Below the pieces are notes generated by a model. The model had not been told where the DNA came from. It searched no databases and was given only the letters and a program-made list of their open reading frames with translations. The translations under genes and the position numbers were made by a program. A stretch of DNA of 64,000 nucleotides, from the NCBI GenBank assembly GCA_035559435.1, contig DATMBC010000103.1:11693-75692 (forward strand). Reading direction: 5' to 3'. This DNA comes from a bacterium (lineage in GTDB: Bacteria; Zixibacteria; MSB-5A5; WJJR01). Of the stretch, positions 1 through 8,597 are shown piece by piece. Positions within the stretch are counted from its first letter, which is position 1, and each line of letters opens with the position of its first letter.

Positions 1-711
1 AATCCGCTGTTGAAAGTGAGCGACCTGCGCGGTGTGGCGGCGTTGGCGAAAAAGCACAACCTGATCTCGGCGGTCGACAACACCTTCGCCTCGCCCTATT
101 TCCAGCGGCCGCTCGAATTGGGCATCGACATGGTCGTACATTCGACCACCAAATTCCTCGGCGGACACTCGGACACCGTCGGCGGCGCGATTGTGCTCTC
201 CGACGACAGGATCTTCGAGCGGCTCTCGTTTTCGCAGAATGCCATCGGCGCGGTGCCGGGGCCGTTCGATTCCTGGATCACCCTGCGCGGCCTCAAGACC
301 CTGGCGATCCGCATGAAGGCCCACGAGGCCAACGCCATTACCATCGCCCGGCACCTCAGCGCGCACAAGCGCGTGACTAAAGTTCTCTATCCCGGGCTGC
401 CGTCCGACCCATACCACACGCTCGCCAAAAGCCAGATGTCGGGATTCGGGTCGCTGATCTCGTTTTATCTCGACGGCGGCGAGAAGGAGGCGCGGCAGGT
501 TTGCAAGTCCACCAAGGTCTTCTCGCTGGCCGAGTCGTTGGGGGGTGTCGAGTCGTTGATCGAGCATCCCGGCCTGATGACCCACGCCTCGATCCCGAAG
601 GACATCCGCGAGGCGCGTGGCCTGGGCGACAGTCTGATTCGGCTGTCGGTCGGCATCGAGCACATCGAAGACCTGGTGTCCGATCTCGACGCCGCGCTGG
701 CATCGTATTGA
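1..711 (+). CDS. C-terminal fragment of a PLP-dependent Cys/Met-metabolism enzyme (cystathionine gamma-synthase/lyase family); the 5' end lies outside the window
   Basis: Family motifs 'AVDNTFASPYFQRPLELGIDMVVHSTTKFLGGHSDTVGG' and the C-terminal 'RLSVGIEHIEDLVSDL' match the trans-sulfuration PLP enzyme fold. The frame is open from base 1. It is paralogous to 56758..57942. Confidence 0.8.
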   Translation, partial: NPLLKVSDLRGVAALAKKHNLISAVDNTFASPYFQRPLELGIDMVVHSTTKFLGGHSDTVGGAIVLSDDRIFERLSFSQNAIGAVPGPFDSWITLRGLKTLAIRMKAHEANAITIARHLSAHKRVTKVLYPGLPSDPYHTLAKSQMSGFGSLISFYLDGGEKEARQVCKSTKVFSLAESLGGVESLIEHPGLMTHASIPKDIREARGLGDSLIRLSVGIEHIEDLVSDLDAALASY

Positions 712-783
712 GCAATTCGCGATTATTGATTCCCGCGCCGCCCCGCCGCGGCGCGGGAATTCTCATGGGAGGAGGGCCACGAG

Positions 784-1182
784 ATGACCAAGATCAAGTA
801 CGGCTACTCGGTGAAGACCCGGTTGGCCTATGATGACGCGGTCGCCAAGGTGACCGAGGAATTGAAAAAGGCCGGCTTCGGTGTCCTGACCGAGATCGAT
901 GTAAAGGGAACGTTAAAGAAGAAGCTCGATCTCGACTTCCGCCGCTACGTGATCCTCGGCGCCTGCAATCCCGTGCTCGCCTCGCGCATGCTGGCCGAGG
1001 AGATCGAAGTCGGTCTGCTCATGCCCTGCAATGTGATCGTCTATGAAAACGACGATCACACGGCCACCGTCTCGTTTCTGTCCCCGCGCGCGATGTTGTC
1101 GGTGACCGGACGGGATGATCTGGTGGCCACCGCCGACGAGGCGGAGAAACTGATTTCCGGTGTTGCCGCGAACCTGGCCTGA
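784..1182 (+). CDS. DUF302 domain protein
   Basis: A ~130-aa protein with the DUF302-type pattern 'GFGVLTEIDVKGTLKKKLDLDFRRYVILGACNP...LPCNVIVYE'. It lies directly upstream of copA. Confidence 0.7.
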   Translation: MTKIKYGYSVKTRLAYDDAVAKVTEELKKAGFGVLTEIDVKGTLKKKLDLDFRRYVILGACNPVLASRMLAEEIEVGLLMPCNVIVYENDDHTATVSFLSPRAMLSVTGRDDLVATADEAEKLISGVAANLA

Positions 1183-1248
1183 CATGCCGCGGGAACCCAG
1201 AGGCGGCCTCCGTGGTTAACCGACCGCCAATCACATCGGGAGGCCGTC

Positions 1249-3597
1249 ATGAACGCCATGCCGCAAGCCCATGACCATCATCACGATACGGGCCCGCCTC
1301 CGGCCCCGTCCGCCACGCCGTCGCAGTCCTATCCGGTGATGGGGATGCACTGCGCCAGTTGCGTTAAGACCGTCGAAGAGGCGATTGCCGCGGTTCCGGG
1401 CGTTGAGTCAGTTTCGGTCAACCTGGCCACCAGCAAGGCGACCGTGACCTTCGATCCGCATAAGGTGCACCCACAGGATCTCGCGACGGCGGTCAAGGAT
1501 GCCGGATACACGTTGCTTGTGCCCGAGGACAAACCCCGCACGGATTCGCACGGCGACCATGCCGGCATGACCGATCACTCGGCGCACCTGTTCGAGGGGG
1601 CGCAGGCCGAAGAACTGGCCGACTACCGCCGGCGCACGATCATTTCGGCTGCTTTGACCCTGGGCATCATGATCGTCGGGCTGGGGCACATGCTCGGCGG
1701 CCTGATGCGGGTGCCGTGGCATGGCGATCCGCGTCTGGAATTGCTGCTGGCCACACCGGTAGTCTGGTGGGCGGCGCTGCCGTTTCATCGCGCGACCTGG
1801 GCGGCGGCGCGCCACTTCCGCACCGACATGAACACCTTGATCAGCGTGGGCACGCTGATCGCTTACACCTACAGTCTGGTTGTCACCCTCTGGCCGTCGG
1901 TCTTCTCCGCCGATGGCGCGCATCCGGCGGTCTACTTTGAGACCGCCGCGATGATCGTGACGTTGATCCTTGCCGGACGCTGGATGGAGGCGCGCGCCAA
2001 AGGCAAGGCGCGGGCGGCGATTCAGGAGTTGCTGAACCTGCGTCCCGCCACCGCACGTGCCAAGCGCAACGGCGAGTTTGTCGATGTCGATGCCGCCACA
2101 TTGGTCCGCGGTGATGAAGTGCTGCTGCGTCCCGGCGAACGGGTCGCCGCCGACGGCGTGGTGATCCTTGGCGGCTCGTCGATCGATGAGTCGATGCTCA
2201 CCGGGGAACCATTGCCGGTCGCCAAAGGAATCGGCGACACCGTGACCGGCGGCACGCTCAACACCACCGGCTCGATCACCTACCGGGTGACACGCAGCGG
2301 CGCCAATACGACCCTGTCGCAGATTGCGCGTCTGGTCGAGCAGGCGCAGGGCAGCAAGCCGCCGATCCAGAAGCTGGTTGATCGCATTGCCGCGGTCTTT
2401 GTCCCGGCGGTGTTTGCGATCGCCGCGCTCACCTTCCTGGTCTGGGCTTTCATCGGGCCGGAGCCGCGTTTCCTGCTGGCAATGAAGGCCGCAGTCGCGG
2501 TCCTGATCATCGCCTGCCCCTGCGCACTGGGGCTGGCCACACCGGCGGCGATCATGGTCGGCACCGGGCGCGGCGCGCAGCTGGGTTTGCTGTTCAGGAA
2601 CGCCGCCGCGCTGGAATCCTTGGCGCAGATTGACACGGTCGTGCTCGACAAGACCGGCACTGTGACCGTGGGCGAACCGGCGGTGGTCGGGGAATGGGTT
2701 TCCCCCGAGATCGACCCGCGCGAGTTCTGGGGTGTGATTGCGGCGATGGAGGAGCGCTCCGAGCATCCGCTGGCACAGGCGATTTCGCGCCGCGCCGGCA
2801 CCGAGGAGGCTGACACAGTCGCCATCGCTGATTTCGCCGCTGAATCCGGGCAGGGCATTTCGGCGCGTGCGGGATCGTCGCGCTGGCGCATCGGCCGTCT
2901 CGATGACCGGCGGGCCGCGCTAAAAGCCGACTCACCGCTGGCCCGTGATCTGGCGGCCTGGGAAAGGGAAGGGCATTCGCTGGCGCTGGTTTCGCGCGAT
3001 GATGCGGTGGTCGGCGCCTTCGCCATCGGCGACCGGATCAAGCCCGATGCCGCCGCCACCATCCGTCGGCTCAAGTCGCATGGCTGGCGGGTCATCCTGC
3101 TGTCGGGCGACCGACGCACCGCGGCGGAGCATGTCGGCGCGCAGATCGGTGTCGATGATGTGATTGCCGAGGTCCTCCCGCAGGACAAGCATGAAGTGAT
3201 CAGGAAGCTGCAATCGGCGGGGCACCGTGTTGCGATGGTCGGCGATGGCATCAATGATGCGCCGGCGCTGGCCGCGGCCGATCTGGGCATCGCGATTGGC
3301 ACCGGCACCGATGTCGCCAAGGAAGCCGCCGACATCACCGTGCTGGGTCATCACGCCGGCGCGATCGCCGATGGCGTCGAGCTGGGCAAACGCACCCTGT
3401 CCACCATCCGTGGCAATCTGTTCTGGGCGTTCTTCTACAATGTCGCGGCGATTCCCATCGCCGCCGGGTTGCTCTATCCGTTCACCGGTATGCTGCTCTC
3501 GCCGGCGATTGCGGCCGCGGCGATGGCGTTCTCGTCGGTCTTTGTGCTGACAAACTCGCTTCGACTGCGCGCGTTCCGTCCCGTATCTTCCGCCTGA
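1249..3597 (+). CDS. copA: Copper-translocating P-type ATPase (P1B)
   Basis: His-rich N-terminus 'HDHHHD'; HMA domain 'MGMHCASCV'; TM6 'CPC' motif '[12 protein letters not shown]'; phosphorylation site 'DKTGTVT'; hinge '[10 protein letters not shown]'. Confidence 0.95.
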   Translation: MNAMPQAHDHHHDTGPPPAPSATPSQSYPVMGMHCASCVKTVEEAIAAVPGVESVSVNLATSKATVTFDPHKVHPQDLATAVKDAGYTLLVPEDKPRTDSHGDHAGMTDHSAHLFEGAQAEELADYRRRTIISAALTLGIMIVGLGHMLGGLMRVPWHGDPRLELLLATPVVWWAALPFHRATWAAARHFRTDMNTLISVGTLIAYTYSLVVTLWPSVFSADGAHPAVYFETAAMIVTLILAGRWMEARAKGKARAAIQELLNLRPATARAKRNGEFVDVDAATLVRGDEVLLRPGERVAADGVVILGGSSIDESMLTGEPLPVAKGIGDTVTGGTLNTTGSITYRVTRSGANTTLSQIARLVEQAQGSKPPIQKLVDRIAAVFVPAVFAIAALTFLVWAFIGPEPRFLLAMKAAVAVLIIACPCALGLATPAAIMVGTGRGAQLGLLFRNAAALESLAQIDTVVLDKTGTVTVGEPAVVGEWVSPEIDPREFWGVIAAMEERSEHPLAQAISRRAGTEEADTVAIADFAAESGQGISARAGSSRWRIGRLDDRRAALKADSPLARDLAAWEREGHSLALVSRDDAVVGAFAIGDRIKPDAAATIRRLKSHGWRVILLSGDRRTAAEHVGAQIGVDDVIAEVLPQDKHEVIRKLQSAGHRVAMVGDGINDAPALAAADLGIAIGTGTDVAKEAADITVLGHHAGAIADGVELGKRTLSTIRGNLFWAFFYNVAAIPIAAGLLYPFTGMLLSPAIAAAAMAFSSVFVLTNSLRLRAFRPVSSA

Positions 3598-3598
3598 G

Positions 3599-4984
3599 AT
3601 GGAGCCACAAACCCCCGCGCCCGCCATTCCCCGCAAAGGGGAGATCGTGGAGTTGGACATTGTGGCGTGGGGGGACCGTGGATGTGGCATCGCCCGCCAT
3701 GGACGCATGGTCGTACTCACCGACCGCGGGCTCCCCGGCGACCGGATCACCGCGCGGATCGTCAAACGCCGCACCCATCACCTCGAAGCGACACTCCAGA
3801 CAATCGTCACACCCTCGCCGCATCGCATCCCGGCGCGCTGTGTCCACTTCGGCGAATGCGGCGGGTGCCGTCTGCAGGATCTGGCCTATGATCGCCAGGT
3901 GGCCGACAAGGCGTCGCATGTGCGCGACCAGTTGCAGCGCATCGGCGGCATCGATCCGGTGCCGGAACTCGAAGTGATCGGCGCCGACCCGCCCTGGCAG
4001 TACCGCAACAAGATGGAGTTCTCCTTCGGCGGGCACCGCGATGGATGCCTGCGTCTGGGACTGCATTCGCAAAACACCTACAGCGACTCCTTCGATTTGC
4101 GCGAATGCTGGATCACCGACCCGCGCGCGTCGGAGATCGTCGCGCACACCCGCGAGTTTCTCGCGGAGCGAAATTTGCCGTCCTATGATCCGGTCGCGCA
4201 CACCGGTTTTTTGCGGTTTCTCGTGGTGCGTTTCGGCGCGCACACCGGCGAGGTCTTGGTCAATCTCGTCACCGCCGACCACCCCTGGCCCGACGCCGAG
4301 CAGTATGGCGCGCACCTGCGCGCGGTCTGCCCGTATATCACCACCGCGCTGTGGACCGTGACCTCATCGCGCGCCAATGTCGCCACCGGCGATGTGCGGC
4401 GGGCCTTCTTCGGGCCGGGTGTGTTGCACGAACAACTGGGCCCGTTCACTTTCGAAATCGCGCCGACCGGCTTTTTCCAGACCAACACACGCGGCGCCGA
4501 GCAACTCTTCGGCAAGGTGATCGAGTGGATCGAAGGGCAGGGGGCACGCATTCTCGACCTCTACTCCGGCGCCGGGGCGATCTCGCTTTTTCTCTCCCGG
4601 GCCGCCTCGGAAGTGATCGGGGTTGAGTCGCATGCCGATTCGGTGGCGGCGGCCGAACGCAACGCCGCGCGCAACCGGGTCGGCAACTGCCGCTTTGTCT
4701 GCGCCGACACGCTCGACTATCTGCGCGCCGCCCCGGCCGATGAGATCGCCGGCTCGCTGGTGGTGGTCGATCCGCCCCGCGCCGGGTTGCATCCCAGGGT
4801 AGTCCGGATTCTGGCGGAGAGCCGTCCGGCACGGATCGTCTATGTCTCCTGTAACCCGGCGGCGCTGGCCCGCGACCTGCAACTGTGGCGGGACGCCTTT
4901 CGACTCGTCCGCGTCGCCGCGGTCGACATGTTCCCGCACACTCCCCATGTCGAGGCGGTGGCGTTGCTGGAACGCGTCCCTTGA
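3599..4984 (+). CDS. rlmD: 23S rRNA (uracil-5)-methyltransferase, RumA/RlmD family
   Basis: N-terminal TRAM-like domain; Fe-S Cys cluster 'CVHFGECGGCRLQ'; SAM-MTase motifs 'ILDLYSGAGAISL' and 'VVDPPRAGL'. Confidence 0.85.
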   Translation: MEPQTPAPAIPRKGEIVELDIVAWGDRGCGIARHGRMVVLTDRGLPGDRITARIVKRRTHHLEATLQTIVTPSPHRIPARCVHFGECGGCRLQDLAYDRQVADKASHVRDQLQRIGGIDPVPELEVIGADPPWQYRNKMEFSFGGHRDGCLRLGLHSQNTYSDSFDLRECWITDPRASEIVAHTREFLAERNLPSYDPVAHTGFLRFLVVRFGAHTGEVLVNLVTADHPWPDAEQYGAHLRAVCPYITTALWTVTSSRANVATGDVRRAFFGPGVLHEQLGPFTFEIAPTGFFQTNTRGAEQLFGKVIEWIEGQGARILDLYSGAGAISLFLSRAASEVIGVESHADSVAAAERNAARNRVGNCRFVCADTLDYLRAAPADEIAGSLVVVDPPRAGLHPRVVRILAESRPARIVYVSCNPAALARDLQLWRDAFRLVRVAAVDMFPHTPHVEAVALLERVP

Positions 4985-5037
4985 GCGGGACGGACATTCG
5001 GATTGCTTCACGCCCGCCTGCGTTCCATCTTGCCCCC

Positions 5038-5544
5038 ATGACAGATCACCTGTATGCCCCCTGGCGGCAGGAATTCATCCTCGATGCCAAACGGCAGGCA
5101 AAGGATGAGGGGTGTATCTTCTGCAAGCCGGAGACCCGCAAGCATGTGCGCGAACTGATCCTGCACCGCGGACAGACCGCGTTTGTCGTGCTCAATCGCT
5201 ATCCCTACAACGCCGGCCATCTGATGGTGGTGCCGTATCGGCATGTCGCGCTACTGCCGGCGCTCAAGAGCGCCGAGCGTCGCGAGATCATGGATCTGGT
5301 CGCCCTCGCCAGCGAGATTCTTGTCGAATTGCAGAATCCCGCGGGGATCAATGTCGGGATGAACCTCGGACGCGCCGCCGGGGCGGGGATCGACGGCCAC
5401 CTGCATGTGCATCTGGTGCCGCGCTGGGTCGGCGACAACAACTTCCTGCCCGTGCTCTTCGACACACGCGTGATCTCCGTCGACCTGCGCGCCATGCATC
5501 GCAAACTCAAAGCCGCCTTCGCCAGGCACACGAAGAGGAAGTAG
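5038..5544 (+). CDS. HIT family hydrolase
   Basis: Histidine-triad motif 'GHLHVHLVPR'. The ATG at 5038 (MTDHLYAPWR) is chosen because the longer ORF starting at 4885 overlaps rlmD. Confidence 0.75.
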   Translation: MTDHLYAPWRQEFILDAKRQAKDEGCIFCKPETRKHVRELILHRGQTAFVVLNRYPYNAGHLMVVPYRHVALLPALKSAERREIMDLVALASEILVELQNPAGINVGMNLGRAAGAGIDGHLHVHLVPRWVGDNNFLPVLFDTRVISVDLRAMHRKLKAAFARHTKRK

Positions 5545-5676
5545 CCGGGCCGCTCCGCTCCGATTGCGGGCGCTACTGCCAGCAATCGCGCACCGCTTGT
5601 CATCCCGATCCGCCGCAGGCGGAGAGGGATCTTCTTTATGCCGCTGCCACCGGTGAAAAAGCAGATTCTTCGCTTC

Positions 5677-5701
5677 GTCCCCCGGCCTGCGGCCGGGGGA
5701 C
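5677..5701 (+). terminator. Perfect GC-rich hairpin (11-bp stem, 3-nt loop) downstream of the HIT gene; no U-tract
   Basis: tgCCCCCGGCC-tgc-GGCCGGGGGac is seen directly in the sequence. A terminator role is inferred. Confidence 0.3.
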
Positions 5702-5806
5702 TCGCTCAGAATGACAATTCGGGATAAAGGCAGTCCAGCAATCGTCTCTGTTACCCCTTCATCCACAACATCTTGTGATCTTCCCGTTCATCGCTTGCCC
5801 CCCGTT

Positions 5807-5836
5807 TGACTTCGCTAAATCCCGCGCCTTATCATT
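5807..5836 (+). promoter_or_regulatory. Candidate sigma70-like promoter (TTGACT-N18-TATCAT) about 70 nt upstream of the 5907 gene
   Basis: Near-consensus -35 and -10 hexamers with an 18-nt spacer. Housekeeping sigma specificity in this lineage is unknown. Confidence 0.3.
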
Positions 5837-5906
5837 GCCGCAACAGGCAATCGCCTAACAGCCGCCGGGTGATGGGACCGTCCCGGCCGCCTAACTGTCG
5901 CCCGCC

Positions 5907-7388
5907 ATGAAGATTCCGCGCAAAGCCGACCTGATCAGTCTGCAGCAGATTTACAAGACCGACGACAAGATCGCCGAGGCGTTGGGCGGAATCCCCGAGT
6001 ATCTCGTCGCTTACTGGCGGCGCAAAAAAGGCGTGCCGCCGTGGACCGAGGCGAAGTTCTCCGAGCAGCAGATACGCGATCTCTGGGAACGCTTTGGCGA
6101 TGACTTCCGTTGCGGCCGCGAACTGAATCTCTCCAAGGCCGCCTTCTACAGCTGGCGGCGCAAGTATGGCATCCTCGAAAAGCCGGCCGAACTGAAGCTC
6201 GAACAACTCGAGCTGCGTCTGCCCGGCGATCTGCTCGAGGAGGAGCCGCGCAAAGTCGAGAAGCCCGACAAGCCGCACACCTCGACCGCCAAGATCCTCG
6301 CGCGCGCCGCCGAGTCCTGGCCCGAGGCGAAACTCCCCGCCGACTGGATCTGCCGGCGTGAGGGCGAGGGGGAGTTTGCCCCCTACATCTTCGCGCCCGG
6401 GCCGAAGCTCGAGGAGCCGACGCTCGATCTGTATGCCGAAATCCCTGCCGCCGATGCCCGTGTGCCCTTCTGGCTTTCGCCCTGGCGGGGGGACATGGCC
6501 TGGCAACTGGTCGAGGCGCGCGCGGTCCTGCCCGGGCAGTTTGTCACCGCGCCGCGCGGCGTGCTGGGCGGATTGGGCGGGGTCGGGGTCCTGGTCCTCA
6601 CGCCGGAGGCGGTCGGTCATGCCGGCAGCGATTCACCCGCCGGCACATCGGCCATGCCCGCGCTCCCGGTGGTGCGCATCGAAGTCACCCGACGCATCCC
6701 CGCCGAGTCAGATGTCGAGGACATTATTCTCGCGATGATTGAGGCGGGATGGCACAAGAGTCTGGCCGGACGCATCCTCGAACTGGTCGGGCCGCCGATC
6801 GAACGGCTCTCCGTCGACCGCAAGGTCAAGCTCTGCGCCGCGCTGGTGGCCCTCGGCGCCGCCGCGGCGATCGTCACCTTCGATGATGCGATCCGCCGCC
6901 ACTATGGCCGCATCCTGCAGGGACGCTTCCCGCAGACTCATCCCGACCGCACCGCGGTCTACGACGAGGAACATTTCCTCGAAGGACGCGGCATCGAGCC
7001 GAAGGTGGGAATCTGCGAGAATGGCGAATGGACCATCCGGCCGGCGGCGCAGGCCCCCGCGCCGGGCGGCATCATCGTGGGCCCCGATGCGCTCCCCTAT
7101 GAAATCGAACTCTGCGCCCAGCAACTGGCCGGACGCCACGTCGGCCCCAACGATCCCCCGGTCATCGTTTGCCCTGCCACCCTTCAAGTCTACCACACTG
7201 CCTTCCGCAAGGGCTGGGCCCAGACAATCGTCAACGCGGGCGGTTCAGTGGCGGATGTGGCGCTGGGGCGGAGGGTGTTGGGCTTCAGTTCTCGGTTTCT
7301 GTCTACCATTGGACGGGTGACAAACTTGCAGAAACCGATGCCGGTGTCTGCGCTGATGGGTGCCGTTCACACCATTGGGAGGCCATGA
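5907..7388 (+). CDS. Protein with an N-terminal transposase-like HTH and a divergent (probably non-catalytic) aconitase/LeuC-like domain
   Basis: N-terminus 'GRELNLSKAAFYSWRRKYG' resembles an IS3-type HTH_Tnp. The central 'LSVDRKVKLCAALVALGAAAAIVTFDD' mirrors the LeuC/aconitase 'LSVEERMTLCNMAIEAGA' segment but has lost the CNM/EAGA catalytic residues. The C-terminal 'IVCPATLQVYHT' has no clear CxxC Fe-S triad. Confidence 0.6.
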   Translation: MKIPRKADLISLQQIYKTDDKIAEALGGIPEYLVAYWRRKKGVPPWTEAKFSEQQIRDLWERFGDDFRCGRELNLSKAAFYSWRRKYGILEKPAELKLEQLELRLPGDLLEEEPRKVEKPDKPHTSTAKILARAAESWPEAKLPADWICRREGEGEFAPYIFAPGPKLEEPTLDLYAEIPAADARVPFWLSPWRGDMAWQLVEARAVLPGQFVTAPRGVLGGLGGVGVLVLTPEAVGHAGSDSPAGTSAMPALPVVRIEVTRRIPAESDVEDIILAMIEAGWHKSLAGRILELVGPPIERLSVDRKVKLCAALVALGAAAAIVTFDDAIRRHYGRILQGRFPQTHPDRTAVYDEEHFLEGRGIEPKVGICENGEWTIRPAAQAPAPGGIIVGPDALPYEIELCAQQLAGRHVGPNDPPVIVCPATLQVYHTAFRKGWAQTIVNAGGSVADVALGRRVLGFSSRFLSTIGRVTNLQKPMPVSALMGAVHTIGRP

Positions 7389-7391
7389 GCC

Positions 7392-8276
7392 ATGATCACG
7401 CCTAGATTAGCTAGGCTGGTTGTCCTGCTGCAACTACTACTTTGGGGGCCATTCTCCGCGAGATCAGTGGCCCAATCACATCTGGATACCCTCGAATTCA
7501 AGAGCAGAGATTACTACACCCGCATTTATCAATCCTTTGTTGCACGAATCCTCTGCGAAGGACACGAAGGCACGGCATTTGTAGCTGCCCTTACTGACAC
7601 GAGCGAGTTCATCTTCATCGTGACAAATCGGCACTTGGTGGCTGAAGGCACGCGTGCTCTTCTCCGTATTCCATTAGGCCAGGAAGTCGGAGTAGATACA
7701 TTCGCTGCTATTTCGACAGTCATACGCCATTACCCGATTGATAGCACCGTGCCAGGTCTCACAGGAAGTACGGCAGTTCTTGATGGTCTGGACTTAGCCG
7801 TAGTCCTGGTGGATGGTGACTCATTGAGTGATGAGATACACGCGTCTCGAGGAGCCGTCAGATTTCTCGCGCCTGAACAGACCGCCCATTGGGAAGATAT
7901 GCTCCCCGGTCAGACAGTGTGCTTTCTCGGATATCCTCTCGGCAAGTCCGGACAGCGAGGATTACCCCTCTTCCGAAAAGGAACAATCGCGGGATTCAAT
8001 CCTGCAACGGACACTATTCTCGTAGACGGACAAATGTTCGACGGCTCAAGCGGCAGTCCAGTCTACTTTGAAAATTCTGATCCATCATGCCGTTTGCCCC
8101 TCAAGGAGGGTCGTTTTCTTGTCGGCGTTGTATCTGGGTACTGGCCACTGATGACACCCCTTGTGAACCCTAAGACCGGAAAGACAGAGTTTGTTAAGAC
8201 GGAAAATTCTGGATTGGGAGTAGTGATTCCAGCCTCACGGCTCCGACACATGCTTTCTCGGCTTCTTATTAAGTGA
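7392..8276 (+). CDS. Secreted trypsin-like (S1/chymotrypsin-fold) serine peptidase in a low-GC islet
   Basis: Signal peptide; catalytic His 'VTNRHLV', Asp 'LDLAVVLVDGD' and Ser 'FDGSSGSPVY' (GDSGGP-like). GC content is visibly about 50% against about 67% in the flanks. It starts 4 nt after the upstream gene. Confidence 0.8.
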   Translation: MITPRLARLVVLLQLLLWGPFSARSVAQSHLDTLEFKSRDYYTRIYQSFVARILCEGHEGTAFVAALTDTSEFIFIVTNRHLVAEGTRALLRIPLGQEVGVDTFAAISTVIRHYPIDSTVPGLTGSTAVLDGLDLAVVLVDGDSLSDEIHASRGAVRFLAPEQTAHWEDMLPGQTVCFLGYPLGKSGQRGLPLFRKGTIAGFNPATDTILVDGQMFDGSSGSPVYFENSDPSCRLPLKEGRFLVGVVSGYWPLMTPLVNPKTGKTEFVKTENSGLGVVIPASRLRHMLSRLLIK

Positions 8277-8597
8277 GCAACGACTCCACAGATTTGCGAA
8301 GGATGGCGGTCGCCGCCGGCCGGTTCTTCAACACGGCATCAGGATGCCGCAAAATCCGATTCGCGCGCACAACGCAAGAGCAGGCCCTCCGCCGTGGCGG
8401 ATCGCCCCCCCAAGAGCGTTATTCGTCGTGCCTTCTGAATCTACCCGTGGTCCGGTGGCATACCCACCCTGTCTAAAATTCTCCCGCCTCCCGTCTGTCA
8501 CAATCCCGCAGCGGCCATCATTCTGACACTCCTCGCGCCGGGGAGCGCGTAACAGGTAAGCCGGGCCGAGAGGTCGGTTGCGGCGGGGAAGGGCCTC

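Noticed and set aside
1408-2766. 452-aa minus-strand ORF inside copA
   Set aside because: Shadow frame of a gene with definitive P-type ATPase motifs.
5907-6200. IS3-family insertion sequence, suggested by the transposase-like HTH at the N-terminus of the 5907 gene
   Set aside because: No DDE catalytic domain, no second ORF or frameshift site, and no terminal inverted repeats. The HTH is fused in-frame to an aconitase-like domain.
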